Shown here in pieces: positions 26,578 through 38,628 of a DNA stretch of 64,000 nucleotides. Numbering within the stretch: position 1 is the first letter of the stretch; each line of letters opens with the position of its first letter. Location: the NCBI GenBank assembly GCA_032718475.1, contig JAUCBJ010006937.1:183788-247787 (forward strand), given 5' to 3'. The translations under genes and the position numbers were made by a program. The notes beneath the pieces were generated by a model. The model was not told the origin of the DNA. It did no database searches and saw only the letters and a program-made list of their open reading frames with translations. The DNA comes from Nemertoderma westbladi. Lineage: Eukaryota; Animalia; Xenacoelomorpha.

Positions 26578-28197
26578 AAATAACATCTAATTTTGGGTAT
26601 TCATGATGTCAAAAATCGATTCCGCATACTAATTTTATCATAAAAAGTGAAGAGTAGTGTAAGTACTGTAGTAACTGCAGTGTAAAACAGAAAAGAACAA
26701 GTAGTGTGATTTGAAAAAACATAAATATTTAGATCCGGAGCGTTTCGCATATAATTATATACATCTTCAGCCAAAAAACAACTAGGTATAAATTAATTAT
26801 TATAATTATTACAGAAAATAACCTAAATTAAAAAAATGACAAAATCAAACAGAAATAATTTAAATTATTTAGTACAAAGTACTGGTAAGCAGTAGGTACA
26901 CCAGCTGACCAGGCAGTGGGGAGAGTAGAATTTCCAAATGAATGTTCCTAGTCTTACTACGAACACTAACAGCGGTCGAGGCGTTTATGGGAGGCTAACC
27001 CGAAGATGCCTAGTAAGCCGTTATGAGTGTTATCAATGCCTCGGGATACCTGCCGCATATAGCAGGAACACTCACGAAAGTGTGGGGGTATATATATATT
27101 ATCTAATAAACAACTTGATCTCACACCCTACAGTCATATTCCCTAACTTTCTTTACTTAATTTAAACTTATATTATCTAATATATATATGTTGATCTAGA
27201 ATTAGTTACTGTAAGTATAAGGCCTCAGCACTTACAAACTGCTTCAAAGGGGTACGATAGTTACGTGTAAACCGTTCCGTTATATTGTGTTGTTGGCTAG
27301 TGGATGTACGTATGACTTACATATATCACAGGTAGGACGCTACTTTGCCTAGTGCGTGGTAAGCGCACGATTTACTCGAATCACTTGCATCACTGGTAAA
27401 TAATAGTTAGTAGTTGGGAATAATATAACAATAATGTGGACTCACACATTCGCATTAAATGAACCAAATCTTATTACTGACAGGGCGCACTTACGTTTAT
27501 CGTGTGGAAATCAAGTTGGTTTGATCTTTAGTCCAATATATTCATCAACAAGTATTGCAAATATAATAGATTGCAAATGATTAGTTGTTAATGCAAGCAA
27601 TTAGTTGTTAATACAAGTGATTAGGTAAAATATCGTTGGCCACTATAACTAACGTGACTTACTAGGCTATAAAATCGATGTAAATTACCTGAGATGTTAT
27701 CAGGTTAAGCCCTGCCTTAGCGAGGCTAACAACAGTTATATATGAATACACAATGTTCGGTAAAAAATAGAACAGCCAATAAGACGCAAGTATACCAGCT
27801 ATATAGAATATTCGGTAGCTACCAATGAGATTTCAGCAACACTACAACCGTTGTTAGGTAACAATATAAACAACCTTATGGGCCGGGCCATTCAATACAT
27901 TCTAAGCACAAATGCTATACGCACGGAAAACGTATAATAATACAACAAAAATATAAGATTTCTGTATACAGTTAGCAAGCAAAAACAGCAGTGCAGTCCT
28001 AGTACAGTTGTACAGAAGCAAATTACTGGCAAGTGGCACCATACTTCTGACATCACGTTAGGCTTTAGCCAATCATCTGCCAGAAACCCAAAATTCAAAT
28101 ATACACACTTTTTTATGGCATTTGTTTATTTTTATGGTAAAATGAGTATGCGGAATCGATTTCTGGCACCATGAATACCCAAAATTAGATGTTATTA
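26578..28197. mobile_element. Inverted-repeat element nested in the LINE, itself carrying the dispersed repeat
   Basis: AATAACATCTAATTTTGGGTATTCATG...AATCGATTCCGCATACT (26579) is mirrored at 28130-28197. Confidence 0.7.
26943..27990 (+). repeat. Dispersed about 1-kb repeat, copy 2
   Basis: Reverse-complement homolog of 8245-9223. The left end at TGTTCC is a guess, because copy 1 stops about 30 bp earlier. Confidence 0.85.
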
Positions 28198-29023
28198 ATA
28201 CATTCTGCACTAAATAGATCGACTAAACTTAATCTACCTAAGAAACTAACTATTTGCACAGGAGACATTACTGAAACGATAACCGACACGGAATGCATCG
28301 CAAACATCCTAAGCACCCACTTCGCTACAATACAGTAGGACCTAAGCTTGCTTAAGAAATACAAACTTCACCACATTCACCTCTCCATTATAAAAACCAT
28401 AATCAACCGAATTTCTTTGTTTGTTTTAATTGAAACTTCCCCTCCAGAAGTACTTATAGAGTACCACTGACTGCAACTTGATCCTAATTCTTCCTCAAAT
28501 TACAAATTTCCGACCAAATTATTATCTCACGCTGCTAAACCGCTATCAATTCACCTATTCACAGGCACATATTCACAGTGCTAACTAAATTATTCGAACA
28601 AATTATAAACTCACAACTGCAATCATATTTAACTATGTATTCAGTTCTAACAACCTCCCAGTATGGCTTCCGCCCTAGAACATCAACATCCCATTCACTC
28701 CTTTCAATAATTGAAAAAATTCACCATACTCTCCACGACAAAAATTCATTTCATTCACATTCCACAAAATTCCATATATTGAGTATTGACCAGAAGAAAA
28801 TCTTTGACACTATCGACCATCCAATCTTACAACGCAAATTAGACTGTTATGATATTCGAGGAATCCCCAATCAACTCTTATCATCCAGTTTTCTATCGGA
28901 CAGAACTCAACACGTTTGTATCAGTAATAAACTATCTGCTATTGAACCCCTCATCTGTGGTGTCCCCCAAGGTTCGGTAATCTCACCTATTATCTTTCTC
29001 CTCTACATTAATTACCTACCTAA

Positions 29024-29337
29024 AGCCCCGTTCACATTCAACTGTGCGTGAGCGGTAAAGTAGTCTGGCGGTATTGAAGTGGTAAGCCTGCGGTACTACC
29101 CGGAGCCCGTTCACACCCAACGGTACCGTTGCGGTAACAGATTGTATATCTGTCGACTGTGAATTCAACAGGAAATTACATTAATTATTTTAACATTGTT
29201 TAAATAGGCTGTGGTAAACCGTGCGGTTTAGCGCACAACTACCTGTTGGGTCATTCACAGTCAGTGGTGTACCACTGGCCCTGCGGTAAACCGCGCGCTG
29301 CGCGCGGTCTACCGTTCTGTTGGATGTGAACGGGCCT
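29024..29337. mobile_element. PIF/Harbinger-type MITE
   Basis: TAA|AGCCCCGTTCACAT ... ATGTGAACGGGCCT|TAA. Removing it restores the LINE RT frame YINYLPNATNLLSTLFADD. Confidence 0.88.
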
Positions 29338-29829
29338 TAACGCTACCAATCTATTATCTACCCTCTTCGCTGACGACGCCACCCTCCTCCACTCTAATCC
29401 AGAAATCCACCAAGTAATCGATCAAACCAACATTAAACTAAACAAATGCGCTGATCGCTAATATAATATATATTTAATATATATAAAATATGTAACTATA
29501 TTCTCTAATACAATAACAAACTTATCCACCCAGATTCCATACTGCGAAATTAATAATAATCAGATTAAATTTTCTACAAACTCCAAAATCCTTGGCATCT
29601 GGGTTGATAGTAAACTAAATTGGAAATCTCATATAAACTTCTTACTTAAAAAATATAAAAAACCTCTGGAATTTTCTACAAACTGCGCTATAGCTTCCCT
29701 CGAAATATTCTATGTCATATTTATTTCAGTATAATTCACCCTTACATACACAATACAGTACAGTATTCTAATTTGGGTAAGAACTCATTCCACCACCCTC
29801 GATCCACTTAGAGTTAAAATAAACAAATC

Positions 29830-30100
29830 CACCTTGGTGTAGTGGTTGCATTGAATTCACATCTCCCGTAGGTCGTGGGTTCGATCCTCACATGGGCCAG
29901 GGCAGTTTTCATTTCGGCACGAATGCTTTAAAGGGACCAGCCAGGGCGCATCTCTGCCTTGCATCCTTAAGTGGTAGCTAAATGAGTACTGGAGTTTCCT
30001 CTGGGGAGTAAAGTTCTGGGGGGACCGCACTGGAAATAAGTCGTCAGACTTTGTGCGTAATCCCTGGCCTAGCGGCCGAAGAAAATTTACTTTACTTTAC
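29830..30100 (+). mobile_element. tRNA-derived SINE, Meta-like core, L2/Crack-like 3' tail, (TTTAC)n end
   Basis: A box TGGTGTAGTGG, B box GGTTCGATCC, core CTCTGCCTTGCATCCTT..GGTAGCTAAATGAGTAC, tail GGACC..TGGAAATAAG. Confidence 0.8.
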
Positions 30101-30338
30101 AGTGGCACGTTATTTTAACCAAAACAATAAACTAAAGTCAATAGAACAGGTTATAGTTTTATTTTTGGTTTTTATAAAAATGTAAAAAAAATCGACTTCC
30201 GTAGGGACAATGTTAAATGTAGAATCCGGATCCGCGTTTTACTCTGACCCCAAATATACACCACCGTTACAAAAACCATCTATAATTGTTTACTAGTCCA
30301 ATTCATTATTATTCTCAGCATACGTTTAATGGCTTCAT

Positions 30339-31355
30339 TTAGATGAAACTGCGAGAAAATCTGTGTCTAGCTAGTTTTTCTGCCATGGATACCTTGGCAA
30401 TCCCTTTATTCCTGTAGGTTTTACGTTGTTTCGGTTCGGCGGGTTTCGTTTGAGATCCAGAGGAATTATTAATCTGGGAGGTGGTAGTGGGTCCAGGGAT
30501 GCTGGAAGCCGCGTCAACCGCAGCCTGGGTGCAGAAAGTATCGCATTGTGTAGGAGAACAACGAGCGGAGATTCTGTGCCGCAATAAACTCTGTTTGGAG
30601 GCGAATGGCGCCGCGCACAAAGAACATGAGTAACTGTCTGACTCAGTCGGATGGGCAGACCGCCGATGGGCCTTGAGATTGGATCGCGTCACATAAGACC
30701 GCGAACAATCCGCACAGAGGAATAACAACCTTCTGTCTTTGTGGACCACTGAATGACGCCGTTTAGCGGAGCCCGATTGGAACTCGGCACTGCACTGACT
30801 GCACCGGTGGACCACTCGATGGCTCGCCCCTATATGTCGACGCAACGCCGTCCATGTAGCGAAGGTACCATCGCAACTGGTGCAACGGTACCCCGAGTGG
30901 ACTTTGCTGTGCTTCTTAAGCTGCGACTGGTACAGAAACCTCCGGGCACATCCGTCCGCTTCGCACACGAATGGTTTCTCGTTGGTGTGATAGAATAAAT
31001 GACTCTTTAAGAGGCGTTTCTTTGGGAAAAATTTACCGCATTTGAAGGGGCATTGATAGGAAGGCGACTCGGATTTGTGGCAACGCTTTCTATGTCGCTC
31101 TAGATTCTGCTTTAAGGTGAATTCGGATTTACAGGATTCCGCGGGACATTTGAATATTTCTCTGGACTCGCAGTGGGTCGCGGTGTGACGGTGTAGGTGG
31201 GATTCTTTCACGAAGGTTTTACCGCATTTGTCTACCCGACATGCATACGGGCGTATCCCTTGGTGACGTAGAATGTGGTCAGTCATCTTCCATTTACGGT
31301 TAAAGATGGCGAAACAATCCGGATAGCTGCAGTTAAACTGAGCACGGCCCGGCAT
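30339..31355 (-). CDS. gtf3a: Transcription factor IIIA (5S rRNA gene factor), 338 aa
   Basis: Nine tandem zinc fingers starting at the N-terminus. The short finger 5-6 linker (HSKVHSGYRC) and finger 6 F.TWT.LRRH match TFIIIA; basic C-terminal tail. Confidence 0.85.
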   Translation of the reverse strand: MPGRAQFNCSYPDCFAIFNRKWKMTDHILRHQGIRPYACRVDKCGKTFVKESHLHRHTATHCESREIFKCPAESCKSEFTLKQNLERHRKRCHKSESPSYQCPFKCGKFFPKKRLLKSHLFYHTNEKPFVCEADGCARRFLYQSQLKKHSKVHSGYRCTSCDGTFATWTALRRHIGASHRVVHRCSQCSAEFQSGSAKRRHSVVHKDRRLLFLCADCSRSYVTRSNLKAHRRSAHPTESDSYSCSLCAAPFASKQSLLRHRISARCSPTQCDTFCTQAAVDAASSIPGPTTTSQINNSSGSQTKPAEPKQRKTYRNKGIAKVSMAEKLARHRFSRSFI

Positions 31356-32221
31356 GATCTCGGTTGTTAAGGAGAGTTGTTGATAAATTTAAGCTGTTGA
31401 TAGAATAAATACGGTACCTCCCGCAGCTGAAAAGTAGGTCTGAAGCTCTTACCAATTTCGGGGCACTGGAAATGTGAATGTAACTACTGAACTAATACTA
31501 ATAGGCCTAACTAATTAGCCGGTACCGGTAGTGCTGTAGGCCTAATGCAGTAATGCTTAGCAGTTGCAGAGCTGGTACTGGTATGGCATGCGGATGGATA
31601 GCGGATGTGTGTGTATGTTTTCAGGTTTTACTGTGTGTAGCTACTGTACAATAGTTGAATTGTAGCAGTGGCTGGTTATGGTGCGTTTAGTTCCTGGCGC
31701 TTTTGGTCCTGGTAGCGTTATGGCCGTGCCATTCAGTCAGTAGGTCCAGTCTGCCTCCAAAACCATGGAGGTTAGAAAAGGAGCAGAGAAGAGAAGAGAA
31801 GCAGAGAAGCATACACTAGTTTAATATTAATATACAATATACTATACACGAAATAAAAACAATGCAATAGTAAATAACATATAAACAACATTATTGGTAA
31901 ATATGTAAGGTAAGTAAGTATATGCGATATAGGCCTACTATATAAAATAAGTATGAATTGTAGGATAGTGAACTATAATACAAACACACAACCAATGGCA
32001 TAGAAGAATAAAATTCAAATGGAGTAAACAATAAACAACCAAGGAATTCTTTACAAACAAATTTAATTTGACTATCCGGCTTTAATTCACCCTCGCGAAT
32101 TCCTTAAGTTGCCGCAAAACTGCAACATTTTACAGATCGGCAACCCGAGTTGCTCTACAAGTTACTGACAAAGATGCTCAAAAAAGTTACCATGTGTCAA
32201 CCGGGCCTTTATAGCCCATGT

Positions 32222-32660
32222 TGTAAATTCATTCCAGAATATATATTTATTTAACATGGAGTGAATCAGAATCAGTTAAGCTAATAGTGGCAGAAACAAA
32301 TAGAAACATAGTGAAGTGAATGTGAGTTGATTCTATTGGCTGACTGGCAACTGGCATAGCCAGCTGGGTATTGGGGAAGCCCCATGAGCGGTTAGCGCTT
32401 CCATTCAATGCTAACATGAACTGTACAATGTTAAGAATGCCAGTGAAACAAAATAGGAGGGCCCTAGTAGTCATACGGGAGTGGTAGCCAATGTCGTAAA
32501 TATTCATTCCAGAACATATACAAATTGTATTTATTTAACATGGGGTGTATCCAGTTCGTTAGTGGCACAGACAAGGAGACACATAGGCCTAGTATATTGA
32601 AGGTGAGTTGATTCTATTGGTTGTCTGACTCGACGGCTCTGGGGTATCCCAGTGAGCGTA
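32222..32660. repeat. Diverged direct duplication, period about 280-300 bp
   Basis: ATTCATTCCAGAA..ATTTATTTAACATGG..TGAGTTGATTCTATTGG occurs twice. Confidence 0.6.
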
Positions 32661-33897
32661 TACAATAAGGCTTCCCTCTAATAATAATTACACAATGCAA
32701 TATATAAGTATTATTTTTACGTGGCTTGCGTTATGCGCTGGTGTATTACTGGATAGTATTTAGTATTGTAACTGTGTTGTTAATAATAATACTGTACTTA
32801 TAATAGTATATCTTTGTGGCTAGTATCTTTTACTATTTTAATTAATTAAATAACCTATTTTTAATTGATTGATATACAAAATAAAATATAACTGTAATAT
32901 TATGTTTCAGTATCACCATAGTTTTCGTTTTCGTTTGTGTTGAGTTCTGTTTTTAAAGTTAATTTTAATTGTTTTATTAGTTTGTATTTTGTGTTATAGT
33001 TTTTTTTTTTCATAGTCCGTCTGTTTCATATATTAGCACTAATAGGTGGATATAAGCTCAAGTAAACAAACATTTAAGATTTAGGAATTGTACTGTAAAT
33101 AGGCTAAACATAATTCAAGTTTAAAATGTATAAAAATAGACCTTGGTACGTAGTTAGTATAAAAATCTATTATAATTACAATACGGCGACAAATCGATAT
33201 CTTTCAGTTTCTCAGAAAAAGATGAGACACTGGTACAGTTAACAACCTCGACGGCCAAGCTATTCCATACATCCACGGTCCTATTGGCAATTAAGTTCTT
33301 TACAATGAGTAACCTCCAAAATGGCCTATACAGTTTACGGTTATGGCCCCTATTTGTTGTACAATATATATATACTATTATTATTATATACTACAATATA
33401 TACTATTATAATATTATTATGTACGGCCTACTGTTTAAATTCAATACTGTAAGAAATATTTTAGTTATCTAAATAAACTAATTAATTATTTATACTGTAT
33501 ACTGCATTACTGTATAGTATTACTGTATACATTTATACTGCATTACTACGTACAGGGTTTCATGGCGATAAGTACCGTAACGTACTGAGTACTACAAGCA
33601 ATAGCTGAATATATGAACTGAATAGCTCTATGTTTAAATATAGTTTTTATGTTTAATTAATTGTCGCACTATCTTTTAAGGTTACTTTGCACGTTTTATT
33701 TCACCGTATTATTTGTCCTATTGAGCATTATGCTTGCTTATAGCCCAAATATTTGCCTATATACTGTATGTTGTTGAAGCCCTTGCTCATTTTAATTATT
33801 TTTATTTGAAACTAAGTATGCTTAGCCGGTTTTTTAATATGATTTTTTTTTTACTTAATAATTAATATGCACCAACTTAATACCAACTAACACCAAC

Positions 33898-34700
33898 TTA
33901 ATACAACAACCATATTTAGGGGGTCGGAGCCCCCCCCCCCCCCCTAATTGTTTTCAAATTTCAATAAAATGCTACGAAATTCGGTATGATGATAGATCGA
34001 CACCTTTTCTTACTGGTGGCCTGGCCGGATTTTTCAATTTCTCAGTTATTTCCATACAACAATCCCTTAAAAAATGTATATTTAGCAATGTTTAACCACC
34101 TCCGTAGACTTTATTTTACGTCTTTGAAATGTAATCTAGATATCACTCGAAGCGCATTCGTCTGTAGATTCCGAATCTGAAAACCGTTTTAAATTTAACC
34201 AAAAATTGGTAAAGATATTATCAAAATACTAATGTGTAAATTCAGAGACGTAAATCGCTATAATTCTGATGTATTGTTTTCTTTATTCTAGAATATTAAT
34301 TATTATTTAGCTGAGCGTTTAAAACTCTCCATCTTGTTTTTTCATTATCTATAATTAATATTCTAGAATTGAGTAAATAAAACATTAGAATTATAGCGAT
34401 TTACGTCACATAAATTTACACCTTAGTATTTTGATAATATCTCCGGAAGTTCTTGGTGAAATTTACAACGGGTTTCATATTCGGAATCTGCAGATGAAGG
34501 CGGTTCTAATGATATCTAGATTTCATTCCAAAGACGAAAAATAAAGCCAACGGAGGTGGCTAAATATTGCGAAATAGACAATTTTTAACGGCTTGTTGTA
34601 TCGAAATAGCTCATAAATTAAAAAATCCGGCCAGGCCACCAGTAAGAAAAGGCATCGATCTATCATAATACCAAATTTCGTAGCATTTTATTGTAATTCT
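33898..34700. mobile_element. Long-TIR MITE, truncated copy of 51828-52696
   Basis: Near-identical to 51839-52620. Followed by CACGTTCGTGGGGCCTTCGCGCAGCACGAG, a HINE-like 3' end also seen at 50284. Confidence 0.88.
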
Positions 34701-36883
34701 GGCGATATTAATAACACGTTCGTGGGGCCTTCGCGCAGCACGAGGCCCAGTTATTAGATACAAATTAAAATTGAGCGACTGTACCACAAAATCAGGTTTT
34801 GAGAAATTTACCCACACCACCAATCAAACAAAGAAAGGGGGACAGTACGTGTTCACCCCTTTTAATCCCCCCCCCCCCCCCCCCCACCCCAACCTTCCCA
34901 ACCACCAATACATAACCGGGACATCTACCACCCACGGAAGGGTAGCACGAACTTATTTCCAATCGCACGTTAAATATGCAAAGCCAGGTGGTTTATAGGA
35001 ATATAATAAACGCAGTACTCGTTTTCATTATAAGCCTCTTTGCGTTCGTCCTGTTTTGTATTTAAATATATTTCTTAAACGCAGGCTGACGATATTTATA
35101 ATAATAATAACTAGGGATGCGATCAATATGTGAAGCCAGGTGGTTTATATAATTATTTAGTCAACGCAGTACTCGTCTTCATTATATGCCCCGTTGCGCT
35201 TGTCGCTTGTCCTGTTTTGTCATAAAATATTTTTCCTAAACGCAGACTGACGATCTTTATACAGTTATAACTATGCGAAGTTTCGAAACTGTGCGATACA
35301 TCTATGTGGAGATGTGTGATATGTGGAGATGTGTGATACAACTTCAACGCACCTTATGCCGATGTAGTAATATGGGTATTGAAATAATATTAAATCAATG
35401 TACACTCTTAAAGCTGCAGCGAAAAAATGTAGCTAATTTCCTAGGTTACATATAAAATAATAATATTATTTTTAAGAACATTAATTTTACTACTTTGCAA
35501 AAATTCAATTAAAAAATAACCAGACATATACATTGTGGAATAAACTATTTCAGAAGCCTACAACAGCCATGCCATGGATGGTATTTATGTTATTATATCT
35601 GTCATTTACCTGAGATAGCAATACAACACTTATAGTAGAGTCAATACAGGAAGGATGTTGGGATGCTGGAATGCTGTCTGGGCTGGAATAGCAATACTGG
35701 TTGCCTATTACAATTCCTCTCTGGTTAGTCTACAGCCACAACTCCAAGCCAGCTAGCTCCACACCAGCAGAGACTTGACCAATAATCATTCCCAGCAACT
35801 AGCTGCCTTACACACACATCCTTCCATCGTACCAGCATGTTAGCCAATAAATGAGCAGTATTTAATGAGAATCAATTTTTTATGCCGTTTTAATTACTTT
35901 AGATCAATTAAAGACACAATTATTAAAGCAAATCACTTGAACTAATTAAAAACTATAATAGAATGGCGTATGTGGATTACATCTGTATAATTTTTAAGTA
36001 TAATTATGTAAATCTTATACTGTAAAACAATTAATTTCCTTTAAAAGGCAGGTTGAAAATGGTGTTTTTACCGTAATCAACTTAATTAACTAATTAACTG
36101 CTATTATCTTAGCTTCTCGAAGGCCACACGGAAATTCTACTTGGAAAATTTCTAAACTTTTGCCAAACAACATGTGTACCAAGTTTGGATAGATTTCATC
36201 AAAGATTGGCCGAGTTATTAACGTTTAAAATTGAACACGACAGAACGACAGGTTGATTAATGGTACCACTACGCTAAGGCTCACTCACTTCGTCGCTCGC
36301 CCCACATAACATAATAGTTCATGACAATGCAAATTGCTTCAGTATTCTAAAAACAGTCTAAAAATTCAGAGTTTTGATTTACTGATACCAGAATACCAAA
36401 AAATACAGAATTTTCAACGGCTGTCTGAACGAAGGAAATTCTGATATTTATTAAAAGAAGTATAAAGTACAGACTGACAGATGTACCGTACAGAAGTACC
36501 GGTGCCGGTAGGACATGAAGTCGAGTGCAGGAGTGTGAAGTACTGAAGTATAACCTCAATCCTGCATTCAACAATACTGCAATCTGGCAATATACTGATA
36601 TACCCTCCACCCTCAGCACTGATACATCCAGTACATGTGCAGATGTGATATACTACGGCTACGATACACTACAGGACTACCGGTACCTATAGCTGTATAC
36701 TGGTATAGATTTTAAAAGATTAATACTGTATTCAGGTAATATATTAAATCTTCAGACTGTCAGACAGTGAGCGTGGGAACGTGCAAGTACCTACCGCATA
36801 CCGGTACCGGTACCGGTCTGCCGGTACCGAAACTCAGCAATCAGGCAATCTGCCAGTCCGTCCACGGCTCAACCTTACTAAAA

Positions 36884-37789
36884 ATGATAAGATTACGCGG
36901 AGCTAGTAACCTGCGAAGTTGGTTGTATTATGCAATCATAGTAACATCATGCACAACCTTATGGGCCCAAACCAATGACAATCACACACAGTACGGCTTC
37001 ATTAGGAATGCCGACACTATAATCAGAACCAGGGATTCTATCAGCCGCGGCGCCGAGTTCCTGGAGGCGGCCTTCTCGCAGACCGAAGAAGGTTGCGCAG
37101 TCTCGTGTCTAGGCAACGACAGATGCGACACCGCAGTCATGGAGTTGGTTAATGAACGTACCTGTTACCTGTTCCGATGTGAGTCACACTGTCTCTTTAC
37201 ATCACACAGAGGCTATGTAATGATGGTTCTGGATCTATCAGTTTTCCCGGCGGTATCAGAAGAAACATCTACCGCCGATGGAGAAGCCATCGATGTAACG
37301 GCAACTAAAGTAGGCATACCGGTAGCTACAACGACTACCACTACTACAACAACAACACAAGGAGCAGAAGATGAAGATCATTTACTTAGACCTCATCATT
37401 TACTACAACCTCCAGAGCCTACGAATTGGGAAGCTACTCACCATGGCAACAGCAGAAAACAGAAAGAAGATGCGGTTGAGACCGCTGTAGAGAGGACCCA
37501 AGCACCGGTTACCGAGAAACCGATGGTGGGAGTTACTACGGATGAAGAAGATCCATCGAACGGGACACTGCCGGATCTCGTAGAGTCGGCCATGTTCCCG
37601 GCCTCGATGTGGCAACGGGAATGGACGCTGGCCGCCGCATTGCCACTCACGGCGGGGCTTCTCATAACAATCACGTTGTGTTGCATCATAGCCGTGAGGG
37701 TGAGGGCAGCTCGCACACGGGTCAAGTTGGGTAAGAAAAGTCCCTACAGTCACGACGCAGACTTCCTCATTAACGGTATGTACTTATAA
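36884..37789 (+). CDS. MANSC-domain type I membrane protein, LRP11/MANSC1-like, 301 aa
   Basis: First ATG at 36884 gives a signal peptide. IIRTRDSISRGAEFL plus a Cys pattern (C...C....C.....CYLF.C..C.F..H.GY) marks MANSC. Thr-rich stalk, TM helix, and C-terminal ADFLINGMYL as in LRP11. Confidence 0.87.
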   Translation: MIRLRGASNLRSWLYYAIIVTSCTTLWAQTNDNHTQYGFIRNADTIIRTRDSISRGAEFLEAAFSQTEEGCAVSCLGNDRCDTAVMELVNERTCYLFRCESHCLFTSHRGYVMMVLDLSVFPAVSEETSTADGEAIDVTATKVGIPVATTTTTTTTTTQGAEDEDHLLRPHHLLQPPEPTNWEATHHGNSRKQKEDAVETAVERTQAPVTEKPMVGVTTDEEDPSNGTLPDLVESAMFPASMWQREWTLAAALPLTAGLLITITLCCIIAVRVRAARTRVKLGKKSPYSHDADFLINGMYL

Positions 37790-38628
37790 TTCTGTTAAGT
37801 TATGTATTTTGATTTGACTCTAGTTTAGTTTGACTTTATATTGGATATTATTGGAAAGTTGATGCTATTCTGGTGTGATTTTTATATTTAGTTTAAGTTA
37901 ATATTTAGTTATTTACTTTACCATCCTTTCTATCTCTTTTTACTTGTCTCTCTATCTTTCTATCAGTGATGCGATTCTGGGTGAATATATAGTAAAGAAG
38001 AAAAAACCAACAAAGACCTAATTACATTGTCTAATTAATTGTGAACTTATGAGGGGGATATAGACTTATATATATAGATACGGTACCTATATATATATAT
38101 TTTCTCTCTTCAATAAAAATATATTTTTAATGCTGAATAGAATATATTTTTTCAATGATATCCACTAATTTCAAATATTTGTTACCTGATATATTATATA
38201 TAATAATTATATTATTATATAATTATATATTATATATAATTATACAGCATTACGCAGCCTAACTAACCTTCTCAATCATTTGATACCATCAGAACATTAT
38301 ATATGGGTACGTGACTACTTATGTGTCTCTATAAATCGTATTGCATTGCTTTTGTGTTCATATATAATATGTATATATTTACTTTCAGTTTCAATTCAAG
38401 TTACTTAACAACATTAATGCGTAGCCTTTGTTAAATTATTTATTATTTTGTACATTAATTTTTGGCGGAATCTATTAATGCGTTTACAGTTTATCATACT
38501 GTATTAAATGCTTAAGCTAAAACTAAAGGACTTCAGGGTGGTACATGTGTACTGTAAGTAGTCAGGTAATATCTCAGTATGCATCCGCATGGGAATGATA
38601 ATCTCATTTCGGCTAATTAAAAATCTTA

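Larger units (their letters stand above)
25200..29830 (+). mobile_element. Old degraded L2/CR1-group LINE (endonuclease and RT remnants) carrying nested inserts
   Basis: GGTAISVK (endonuclease), KPWMT, QYGFR, GVPQGSVISP, LFADD (29364), KILGIWVD.KLNWK.HI, many stops. Confidence 0.8.

Noticed and set aside
26975-27076. HDV-like ribozyme topology in the dispersed repeat
   Set aside because: Two crossing helices, GG and a P4-like hairpin exist, but there is no room for P3/L3 and no catalytic C in J4/2.
36767-36883. N-terminal 39-aa extension of the MANSC protein
   Set aside because: It starts at GTG; the ATG at 36884 gives a proper signal peptide.
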